The notes under the pieces are model-generated. The model was given only the letters and a program-made list of their open reading frames with translations. It ran no database searches and had not been told where the DNA came from. From NCBI GenBank assembly GCA_047495785.1, contig JBLDXI010000010.1, positions 1,178,001 through 1,242,000 on the forward strand: a stretch of DNA of 64,000 nt, given 5' to 3'. Every line of letters starts with the position of its first letter. Position 1 is the first letter of the stretch. Made by a program: the position numbers and the translations under genes. The DNA comes from Lepidodermella squamata (taxonomy: Eukaryota; Animalia; Gastrotricha). Of the stretch, positions 23,373 to 35,300 are shown piece by piece.

Positions 23373-23839
23373 TGTGTTGTAGTCTAATAAGCAATTTAGC
23401 TGGATTGGGAATCCAACTAGTTTTTTTGCCAATTTGCTCATAAACCCAGTTTAGTATTCGGCAATAATTGATCCAATACATCAATTAGGATTAAATGGCA
23501 AAATATTGCTCGCGTCATCGACAATTTTAAGATTCCAACCGTGAAGAAGGTCGGGAGTGGTTTTCTTGACCGTTCTGTCTCTTTTATTTCGCGGAATGGC
23601 AATGGCTCCACCTTAACAAAATTTGATTTTTACAATTTGAAATACGGCTCAAAAATAGCCAAAAAAATGCATTCCCAACAGTGTTTGACACTATCATCAA
23701 TAGTATTTCAAGTTGTAAAAATCAAATCTAGTTGATTGGACAAAACTTATAATTGTCTTATAATCTATTTTTTTTAAGTTTGCTTATTGAACTAGTTGGC
23801 TTCCCAATCCAACTAAATTGCTTATTAGACTACGACACA
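23373..23839. mobile_element. MITE with ~48 bp terminal inverted repeats
   Basis: TGTGTTGTAGTCTAATAAGCAATTTAGCTGGATTGGGAATCCAACTAGT vs ACTAGTTGGCTTCCCAATCCAACTAAATTGCTTATTAGACTACGACACA (3 mismatches); AT-rich non-coding interior. Confidence 0.85.
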
Positions 23840-24724
23840 GGGCTGCAAAACATGCACATCTTCCCGCGCACCGATTTAAATTTCCCGCTTAAACGCTTAA
23901 AAACCCGCTTAAAAAGTGCGTGCTCTGTAGCGACAGTTTGCTTCCTTTTCCTTCTATCGTGAAAATCCAAAAGGAGAAAGATACAGCCCTATCTAAACTA
24001 TTGCATATCGACATCTACGAGCTGTACGTGATTAATGAATATTTTATGAATTGCGCAGTGGTAATATCGTTAGAGCCTCTTTACCGTGCTAAAGGTGCTT
24101 TTAGGAACCTCTCTTAGAAGGAATGCCCATTTTATAGACTGCTTCAATAATCTTGCTGCTCGAGATGAATTCCTGCCGGCTATCCGGAGATATTGCTCTA
24201 CAGTGCTTATCATTAAAGGGTAACTTTTCCCAGTGCGCGCATTACTTTTACCAAAGAAATGAAAATTACCGCATAATTGAACCTGATTGGTATCAGTGAT
24301 AAGGGAATCTGATAGTCCTTGAACGAAATCTAGACGTTAAATTTTGTGAAGTATTCACAGCCAATTTGTTGAATGCTGCTTGGATACCTGGATGCAAGAA
24401 TCTATTGTTAAAGGCGTAGATGTAAGAACTTGGAAAATATTGTCAAATATTTTCCTAGAAAGAATTATTTATTATAAGATGTTGTCACCAAATTATTTAT
24501 CAAGTGCGCAATGGTAACTCGGCTGATGGGTGTCAGCTGCGAATGTTAAAAAAATATATAATTTCTCACCAAAAGCAAACACCGGAGGAATATGACTGAC
24601 AAAGCCAATTGTCAATAGATCAATAGTAAGCTTATTGACTCAGGAAAAACAATGGAAACGTTCATAAGTGCATCTTTCGCTTTATTGTTAGCAGCATAAC
24701 GTTCAACTGACTTGGGCGTACGTG

Positions 24725-27700
24725 ATGAAATTGCTTTATCGGCTATTGCGTTTTGTCCTTTTGAGTCGACTCGTCACGGCCGCTCCTGATCCAGCTACAG
24801 TTGATGCGACAATCGCTGCCCTGCCATCACTAGTAGCCTACTGGCCTTGGACAACATACTCGAATTTGAGTGATGTCAAACCTTCGAATAAAGTGAACGG
24901 GGCTTTTTCAGTCTCGCCTGTCAACTTCACTACAGGTCCTTTCGGTTTTCCGAATACGGCTGTTCAGACGTGGCCAACGTCTCCAACGAGGACATACATT
25001 ATTATAGATAGTCCACAGATAAACCTTGCAAATGACAGTTGGACATGGGCTATATGGTTAAAGGTTGAAGGCCCGGCTAGTGTTCCAATCATTGACTATT
25101 CCTCTGTTGTTGTTGATGTTTTTGCGCCAATGCTTTGGATGCATGGGTCCACTGACACGCTATTCATGAGCGCTGCCATTCCAGTTGGGAACGATATCTA
25201 TACGCCTTGCGTTATGACTCAAGGTTGGACCTTTATAGCAGCGCAGTGGAACAAGACCGGGCGGGTAATCAGAACATTTTGCAATACGAATTTCGCCCTT
25301 TCCACTTTGAGCGGGGGATTCACACCAGGAGCTTTGCCTCCCATGAGTAACAAAGCGTATATCGGTTACAGGTAACGTTGATGGCATTTGTTATTGAGGT
25401 ATGATTTACTATGAAATCAAGGGATAATACCCAAGCAAGCTTTAAGAACACTGGGGCGCCAATGAAGGTAGCGTGCGGATCACTGCATAAGGCCTACTTG
25501 TCGCTGGATCAGATTGTTCAAGTTCGCGATGCATGCCAAGTGTTTTCAAGTGAGTTGTAGTCCTTCCAATAGATCACGCTTACGCCTAGCCATGGAAATT
25601 AGATAATTGCCCTGATGGATGCGGTGGCCGAGGTACTTGTGTTGCCTACAAGAAATGCAAGTGTAATTCGCCTTATGCCGGTTATACATGCGAAATCTGT
25701 GAGTTTTCTAACCAGAATGTAACCGCCGAATACATTGATTTGTTAGATGCGTCCGATCGAAGTTATGTCAAGTCTCAGTTCGATTTGATTCCAAGTATGA
25801 TCTCATTTTGGCCGCTCAATGCTGAGTACGAAGCAAGAGACGCGTGTACGATAAATAAAATTGACGGACTTCCTTCGAGCAGCATTGTATATAAACCTGG
25901 ACCTTTCGGGAACTACAACACATCGATTGAGTTTAGCCTCAATGGATTCATAACTTTCAACACGAATATTTTGAACTTCGGAGAGTCTTCTTGGACACTC
26001 ACTGCTTGGATTCAGGGCTACTCATTTCATCGTCCAATCATTGAGTGGCTGCATCCGACCAACCCTGTTCAGGGGAATTGGGGCATGCACATGTGGTCTC
26101 GAGAGGTTACGTGGCCTGGCGAGCTATGGTTCAACACGAGATCACCCTACGGCATTCAGGCTCCATGTGTATACATGAACACTTGGGCTTTTGTAGCTGT
26201 CACCTACGATTGGCCAACTAAAACATTGAGCTGGTTCTGTAATGATTACTTCGTCGCTGGTGCAACTTACGTATCCACTGACGCTCCAATTACTTCTGAT
26301 ACTGTTCTGCTAGGTAGAAGGTAAAAGAAAATAACATTGAACTTCAAGAATGTGAAGGTGTACTCATGCTAAGTCGTGGAGATTCGAGCGAGTTTTGGGA
26401 CGGCAGACTCGCTTGCGTTTCTTTATACGCAGCAGTCCTAACTCAGATGGAACTGCTAAGAGTTCGCGAGTTCTGCAAAATGTTCACAGGTAAATTTTGA
26501 CTCAGCTTCCAAGTGTTATATTAATGGCAGATTTCTAGCCCCGGCTGACTCAACTTTCACCTGCGGAAATGGTGGCACCCTAGTCGGTTACGGCATATGC
26601 AAATGCATCCCGCCATGGAGTGGACAAATGTGTAACCGAAGTTGGTTTGAATCCTAAATTCTGCATTCAATACATTTTCGCTCAATAGTAAACATCAGTG
26701 AACCCTACATAACAAACAAGCTGGCAACATTCACTTCTCTTATTGCTTATTGGCCCCTCAACTTCAGATATGGAGTGAATGATTTGTCGACAAATGGCAT
26801 TCATGGAATTATTTACCGGGCGCTTGTTTGGGGAACTGATCCATTTAACCAAGGAACCGCCGGCAGTTTACAAACCGATGCTTCACTCGCCCCGAAACGA
26901 TATGTCTCGTTCACTTCTCCAAAATTGAATGTTGGAACTGGATCTTGGACCCTATCAATATGGGTCAATATGCTTACAACCAATGCCGATGCGATTTTCG
27001 AGTTTGTCCATCCTACAAACCCAACACCTGGCGGCGGCAGCTACGGCATGCATTTTGCGCACTATCCAGCCGGAACGAACAACGTTTGGTTCAACACCAT
27101 GGCACCTGATGGAGTTGGAATGATTTGTACTGTAGTCGGCAGATGGACGTTTATTGCTGCTACGTTCGACTATTCCTCGAAAACACTGAAGCTGTTTTGC
27201 AATGATTGGTTCAGTGCTACTTATACAGGCGCAACGTCCGATCCTGTAACGTCGAACACGCTGTTTTTGGGGATGAGCAATGCCGATCTTGCTGGTAACA
27301 CTGGCTCGCTAGCGTGCGCATCAATTTTCTCCTCAGCACTAAGTTTGGACGAGCTGATCAAAGTGAAAGAAACTTGCGCTCTTTTTATTGGTGATTTCTC
27401 AATGAATCAAAACTTCGTCCTAACGCGCTCTATTTTTTGAACAGTATCCTGTAACCCACAATGCTTCAACGGCGGTTCTTGCGTTGGTGTTAATGTCTGC
27501 TCATGCCCCGCGGGTTGGACTGGAGTTTTCTGCGGAATAGGTATATATTCACGAAGATATCATTCGATTTTACCATAGAGAACGAAGTGATCACAATCGG
27601 TCGTCATGGACGATAACTCTATTCGTTAACACAGTTAAATTGGGAATCGTATTCTTTGAGTACGAAAGTCCGGCAGCGACAACATACGGGACTCATCTCC

Positions 27701-30697
27701 AGTATGTCAAGAACGTAAACAGACTGTGGTGGAGCGCTGGACCTGGCATGAGTAGCCTCGCGTTGAACAACTGTTCATTCTATAACAACTGGCAGTTCAT
27801 TGCGATGACCTTCGATTATCCATCGATGAAAGTTATGACGTTATGCGATGGCAAAGATTCAGGCTTGTCCGCAATAGTAGACTTGCCAATTACTAACCCA
27901 CTGATGCACATAGGGTTAAGGTATCGTGGTTTCTTTTATTCCATAATAACCTTCCAAAGTACTTGTATGTATCAAGGCAGTTCAATAGCTACACTTTAAG
28001 TCTAACTTCGAAATTCGCATGTGCAGCTACATTCAATGCTACGATGACTGCTTCTCAAATCTTGGAGGTGAAGGACTTATGCAAGATGTTCTCAGGTTTG
28101 AATTTACTTGAACTTAACTGAGTGTTTAATAGATTCATCCTCAACCAGCCTTTTGCACAGTTTGTGCGAATGGTGGCACCTGCGTAGCCTACGAGCAATG
28201 CAACTGCACGGAAGGGTGGACTGGAAGCAATTGCACCCTGAGTTGATGCCTATTGGAACATTATTTTTCAACTGATTTGTTCAATTTTGACAGAGGACTG
28301 CGAGCCACAGTGCAAAAACGGAGGAACTTGCAATGCTGCAGTCTGCATCTGCCCATCTGGGTACAATGGTACAAGTTGTGAGACTCCTATATGCAATTCT
28401 GAGTGCCAAAATGGCGGCACTTGCTCTGCTCCAAATATATTTGCACTTGTGATGCCTATCACTCAGGAGCTACGTGCCAAGATTGTGAGATTGAAGATAA
28501 CTTTCCATCAATCTGATTCGTAATTCCTTTTTTCAGACCAATGTGTTCCTTCTTGCCCAGCTGGTATCACATCGTGTACCGGTGCTAACATTTGCACACC
28601 GAATTCTTTGGTTATTTGTTGCTATTGAATCTCGGCCTTTTAATTAAATGTTTTTTTAGACATCATTGTGCACCAAAATAAAGACTGACATCGGCCCTTC
28701 GTGCAAGGTGTGGAAGGACCAAGGCCAATGTCTATCGAACCCGGGATTCATGTGGCCATCCTGCCAGCAAAGCTGTACAAACTATGCGACCTGTGAATGC
28801 GATGTGGACCCTCGATTGCCAGTCGATTTCAACTGCACCTGTGGCGACTGGGCCTCTACTGGTGCCTGCGAGAATGACCCAAGTGGGCAAGCTCAAGCCA
28901 GTTGTTTCTACACCTGCGGCCGAAGACTGAGTAAGTTATCCTCATCTCGACTTCAATACGCGGGAATTGATGAAAATTAAAGGTCCAACAAATAACTGCA
29001 CGAGTATACCAGTTATGCCGTTACTACCGAATACCCACTGGTCGCTAACAGCTCCTCCGTTGCCGTCATTCAAGGGGCTTGCTGGTTACATGCAATCAGC
29101 TTCTATGGTATGCGACAAAGGGTTTACTCCCAAATCAGCCGCAGACACAGCGATGCACGTCTGTGATCCCTTCAGCCCTAATCCAGCTACTGGAAACTGG
29201 TTTATTATCAACCCGAAAGGCCCAGACTGTTTAGCCGCGGCGTGCCCGGATCCGCCAGCTCTCAATGCAGCAACCTATGTCAATTTTACGAATGATCCTT
29301 ACTACAGAATGGGAGGAGATAAGGTTCATTACACCTGCAACTCAGGCTACACCATGGCTGGGTCGACCTCGGGAAATTCTACCTGCACCTTCTTAGGGCC
29401 GACAGGCTGGTCTTGGCTCGAAGGCAAACCTCAGTGCAATCGTAATATTTCAATCATTTTGCTGCCAAAATTCTAGATTCGATTTCTATAGTTCCACCTT
29501 GTAAGCCGTTGATAGAGGGAGTGAATGCATATTTCAACATTTCAGCGAATCAAACTGGCGGAGTCGCGTCATACTCGTGTCTACCTGGTTATAAACCAGT
29601 AACAGATGTCACCTACTTTATCAAAACTTGCCAGTCTGGAGGAGGCTGGACTCCCATTGAGCAACCTCAATGCGCAGATAATTCCTTCTAAAGGTATCTT
29701 TGTCTTTGTTAATCTATTTCTGTTACAGTTGTCACATGTGGCGTCCCTTACCCTGAAGAAAATGCTTATCTAACGGGGCTGAAAAGCGGATCTCACTATT
29801 ATGGCGATGAAGTCGTCACAAAATGCAATAAGGGAGCCTACAGCTTGTATGTTGAACCTGGGACTGAGAACACTCCGATGGAATCCGTTACAAATACCTG
29901 TTTGGACTCAGGTTTTTGGTCAACCAACTCTCTCGCTTGTCTTCGTGAGTTTCCATAACTTTCGAAGCAGTATGCTGTATGCATCAATTTTAGTTGTGAG
30001 CTGCGATCTCCCCCAAACGTTTGAAATAGCGAATTATCGAATTATGAATTCTTCTTCTGAGACACAAACTATTCTGTACGACAACGTTGTAGCATTCGAA
30101 TGTGACTGGAATCAGGGATTCGAGCCAAGCAAGAACCAGACATATCAGATCGCTTATTGGAGATGCAACGAGAATGGGACCTGGGACAAGCAGCCTCTCG
30201 CCTGCTCTCAAAACGCTCTGCTTTCAGCCCCGAAACCTGTTAAGGTAGTCGCTTACGAATCAGACACTGCGGTCGCGACAGCCTCCACCGTCCTGGCGAT
30301 TTGCGGGTTTTTCTTTGGGATAGTCGTTTGCTTGGATTACATGACTCTTGCGAGAGACATGCGGAAATTGAAGCACAACTTCAACCATTTCTTGAAGCGG
30401 TTGCGAGATGCTGGTCGAGCGAGGGAATTGCATGATCTTCGCGCTAAGTTGCGGAATCAGTACGCCTCCGAGCAGTATTTGCGGGCCCTTGAGACGCAGA
30501 AGGAGAAGCAGAAATTAGCAGCAGCTGGTTACTCTGGTACGGTTGACAGTACTGCTGTTGTGGCTAATCCAATGATGCTGGGAGATCAAATCAGGCCTTT
30601 ATCGAGTGATATTGCTAGGAAACAGCCACAGCATGTTGAAGGAGCTATGGACATACCAGAGGAGGAGTGTTTTCCTGCTTCTATTGCGAATCTGTGA
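24725..30697 (+). pseudogene. G3: most divergent paralog (4 LamG units, fourth truncated; 2 stalk EGF; ShKT; sushi; TM), probably recently disabled
   Basis: ATG 24725 with a signal peptide; most exons open. Lesions: N-terminal part of LamG4 (YWPL region) missing at ~27579-27600; 2 nt insertion at ~28437 shifting the EGF frame (CCA AAT ATATT TGC ACT TGT); donor after sushi-3 reads G|ATAATT instead of G|GT at 29678, with an in-frame TAA at 29689-29691. Confidence 0.7.
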
Positions 30698-32392
30698 TTT
30701 TTCAGAATGATGAATTCATAGATGACCGAAAAACATCAACATGTTCAATGTTTTCATGCTTTTTGTGATATCGCCAGGGCTAGGCCAGATATCCCCTAGC
30801 TTATTTTGACCGGTGCATTTCAATCTTTTGAAATCAAATATCCAGGTCAGTGGTGCGCAAACTTATTTTACTACCGGCAATTTTGGCGGCCGGAAATGTC
30901 CCTAACCGGCCGCAACACTCTCGGCGTCTTAAACCGGCCGCACTGCCGGTTCAATTTTACATGTCATCGGCCAAATCAACTGATTTTCGTTGTAAAATTT
31001 TTCTTAAAACCAAGACAAAATTCAAAATTAATACCCATTTCCAATTTTCTACGGTGGATGATGCAGAACATTTTTGAGACTACCCAAAAGCCACAAATGC
31101 AACCCAGCCTTCTCAGGTTAAATCATTGATCCCCTGTCTTGGTACCAGTCTCAAATTCCAGATTCGTCTCAAATTCAAATCGCATACCACGTTTCAATCC
31201 AGGGTTCCAAAAATTTCAAAGTCAAAGTTCAGTCCAAGATGAAGTCAAAAGGCAAAGGTTAAAAAGGGTTCAAAACGCAATTTTTAATGGATGTTCCAGA
31301 TAGAAAACAGGCCCAAGGTTTATGAAATCTCTCCGTTTTATCAACTTGAAAGCGGCTAAGACAAAGTGGAAAAACTCGTGGCATCTCATTCGAGGAGGAA
31401 CAAACCGCCAAAATTAGCAAGATAGTCCATCGATCAGTCCATCGATAGTCGCAAATTTCAGCCATTATTTGACCATGAAAAATTACAAAAATTACCCCAT
31501 TAAATTAAGGTGGCTAGACCTAACTGGACCTGGGTGCCTTCTGTCCCCCTATAATACCAAATCACCGACTGCACAAGCTTCGACCAGCCGCACGTAATGT
31601 TACTGAGCCGAAAGGCCAGCCGGACATTCTGCGCAGGTTTTCCTCGCGATTAAAGCTTTTCAACAATGCAGAATAATTGCCTCTTACGCGTTCATGGCAT
31701 ACAATTACATTTTCCCTATTTTAGGTCTGGCGACTCCCTAATTCGATTGAGCACTATTTGTCGCCACCCTATTGGCTATTCCCTATTGAGCATCAGACCA
31801 GCAGCTATTGAGCGCCAGAGAATGCAGCTTTTTTGGAGGGATTCAACAAGCCTTCATGATGATGCTTAAAGTGGTAGCAGATTATTGTTAGCTGATTTGG
31901 CGAGAACATTATCCGCACATCCGAAATAGCTGAACACGACAGACTTACATTTTTCATCAATTGAGCATATTTTTGGGAAGGTGTTTAACTTAGCGTAGAG
32001 GCTTCGGCTAGCTCGATCACATGACTAACCTAAGTGTGAAACAGCAACTATGCTATGCATAAATTATTTCGCACCACAAAGGTGAGAGATGTTCATTAAG
32101 AATGAGCGTAGAAGTTTTGTTCGCTAAGTTGAAAGACAGCTGTTCAATATGGCGTAGTTTTTCTGATTCCGCTTGCTAATTACCTATTCTACCATTGACT
32201 GTTTTTTCAGTAACGTGGTAGATTTAGGAGAAATCAGCTGATGAAGCAAACATCGATTGAATAACTAAAGATGCAGAAGGACAATGAAGGTGTTCAGTTA
32301 ATTATTAGGCTTGAGGAAATTTGCAGCGGAAGAGTTCAAACCACTGCTGCACTTCCTTTCACGGCGAAATTCCTGAAAAAGACAGCTTAATC

Positions 32393-35300
32393 ATGAAACT
32401 TCTCTGGACACTTCTTATCGTTTCATTTACAAGCGTATTCTGCATCGAATACGACACGGGTTACATCGAATATCAGTTGAGACAACTGCCTAGTGTTATT
32501 GGCTATTGGCCTCTGACAGCCTACTACAACGTTCAAGATGCTCTCGGAATTATTGATGCTGTGTCTTCTGTCGATCCACCTCTATACGGCCCGGGTCCTT
32601 ACGGAACAGCCAATTCTGCGATTCAAATCAACTCTTCGGATGCGGCAAATCAGCGATACGTTACCGCATCATCGCCTTTGATAAATGTTGCAACATCGTG
32701 GAGTTTGGCGCTTTGGGTTAAGACAGAGATAAATCAAGGCATGTGCTTCCTCGAATTTTACCCAGTCAGGGCACATCTCTGGCAGTGGGGTGGTGTCAAT
32801 TCTCTTTTTTTTAACCCAATGAACGGCAATACTACATCTATGGATATGCCATGCACCATGAATTATACTTGGACGTTTGTCGGGATTACGTACGACAGCG
32901 TGGCAAAGAAAATGCAGCTGTTTTGTAATACGGTCGCTGGCCCACTTGTAGCGATAACAGTTCCACCAGCTATATCAACCGACCTAGGAATAGGCCGAAG
33001 GTATTATTTTTCAATTTCTGCGGGATATCGTTGTAGCGAATGAAATTTTACGTAGAGAAGGCTGGACGCACATTGGAAAGTATGCCTGCGTTTCTATGCA
33101 TAAAACTGCGATGACAACCGCCCAGTTCCTTCAGGTGAAAGCTAGCTGCCAACTTTTTTCAGGTATCATTTTGTCATTTTGTCACGCAAGATTTTCGGGA
33201 AAATCGAATAATTTTTCCTCCAGCCAATTGCACAACAGCATGCAAAAATGGCGGTACGTGTGTTGCTTACAACGTTTGCAAATGCCCTTCTGGGTATGCC
33301 GGTGTGCTTTGCCAGTTGGGTAAGTGAAAAATGCTTTATCGACTTTATTTTAGGCCGTCCTTGTTTTAGTTGCAACCGATAAAGACATGATCGCCACTAG
33401 GTTTAGTGAAATTCCGAGCTTAGTCGCTTTTTGGCCTTTGACCAGTGAATATGGAACCTTGGACGCCACTTCGAACAAAATCCATGGCAACCCTACAATG
33501 TACATGAAATACGACACTAGCCCATTCAACAACGTTGTTGCATCGTCTGTCAGCTCGCTATCACTAACGAATTACATCACAGCTAAATCCCCACTCCTGA
33601 ATTTTAACTCAAGCTCCTGGACTTTAACGATGTACATATACGCTGTGACGCCCTGGCACCCCATTTTCGAATATCTTCACCCGACACTGCCATATGCAGA
33701 TTGGGGCATGCACCTGTGGCTCAGAACTGCCAATGACTCGTTGTGGTTCAACACCCGAGCGCCGGATGGCTTGGAAGTTGCCTGCACGTTGATGAAATCT
33801 TGGAAGTTCATCGCCGTGACATGGGAAGCAACAACAAAGACGCTGCAATATTTCTGCGATGAGTTTTTTGTGACACCCACCTATGTTTCCACCGGATTTC
33901 CAATCACGTCAGATACTGTACTAATCGGAAAAAGGCAAGTTTTAAATGGAAATCGCGGTGGCATTCATAGTGATGCCCTAATTGCATTGATATAGCTCAA
34001 TTGACCAAACTCAATTCTATGATGGAAAAATTGCATGTATATCGCTCTATTCCAAGTCTCTTAATGCAAATGAGATGCTCCAGGCACGAGAGCTCTGCAA
34101 ACTCTTCACAGGTTAGAAGGTTCATTCAATATAAAATAAAGCACTGAATGAATTTCATTTCAGTTTCTTGCACCTCAAATTTATGCAAGAATGGAGGGCA
34201 GTGCGTTGGCTACAATATGTGCAAATGCAACGCGCCCTGGGCACCGCCGTATTGCGATACATGTAGTTTAAATGTTAAATGCCTTAAGCTCTTACCATAA
34301 ATTACATAAATTTGATAGTCCCTATAAATAACACCTACATCAGTGAAACCCTTGCTACATATTCCGACTTGGTAGCCTATTGGCCTTTAACGTATGAATA
34401 CGGCGTGAAAGATGCTTCAGCTAACAAGATCGATGGCATAATGTCCCGAGATTACAGCTACTCAACCGGGCCCTACGGAAGATCTAACACTGCTTTCGCC
34501 ACAGACAGATCGCTCTCGCCGCAACGTTACGCTACATTCAAATCCTCGAAGTTGAACATCGGCGCTCAGTCTTGGACAGTATCGCTTTGGTTGAAAATGG
34601 ACAGTACGGCAGGGCTAGATGCATTCTTCGAGTTTCCGGCTTCTTCTTCAGCTAACGGCATGCACTTCGCTAAAAATCCTCCCGGCACAAATACGCTTTG
34701 GTTTAACTCGATGGCACCAAATGGTGGAGTCGGTGGGGTATCATTCAGCTGTGACGTGACAACTCGCTGGATGTTTATCGCGGTGACGTACAACGCTACG
34801 ACCAAGAATTTGAAAGTCTTATGCGGCGATTGGTGGAGCCAGAGTACAACACCAACCGGCAGCCCTATTACATCCGACACATTGTATCTCGGCCAGACAT
34901 ACGATGGGGTGACTGGAAGTAAAGGTTCAATGGCTTGTTTGTCAATTTTCTCCAGAGAACTTTCAACTCTGGACCTGATGAATGTCAGAGACTTGTGCCG
35001 AATGTTTACTGGTAAGTTTCAAATACAATTTTCAAGCCAATATTTCAATTCAATTAACAGTTCAATGCGCTGTCCCGTGCTTCAATGGTGGATCCTGTGT
35101 CGGTTATAACTTATGCCTTTGTGCGTCCGGCTATACTGGACAATCTTGTGGGACGGGTTAGTTTTTCTTGTAACTAAATCTTTCGTTTACTACCTAATTT
35201 TTAGCGATTGAATTGGACACTGCGGCAAGATCAAAGCTTGCCTTGTTACCAAGTTTAGTCTCCTACTGGCCTTTGGGTTCTGATTACGGAGCTAGGGACG

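Noticed and set aside
30776-31830. Possible hAT-like element ends (CAGGGCTAGG, CAGTGGTGCGCAAAC) and ORFs 30806-31129
   Set aside because: No matching opposite TIR or TSD found; the ORFs have no recognisable domain.
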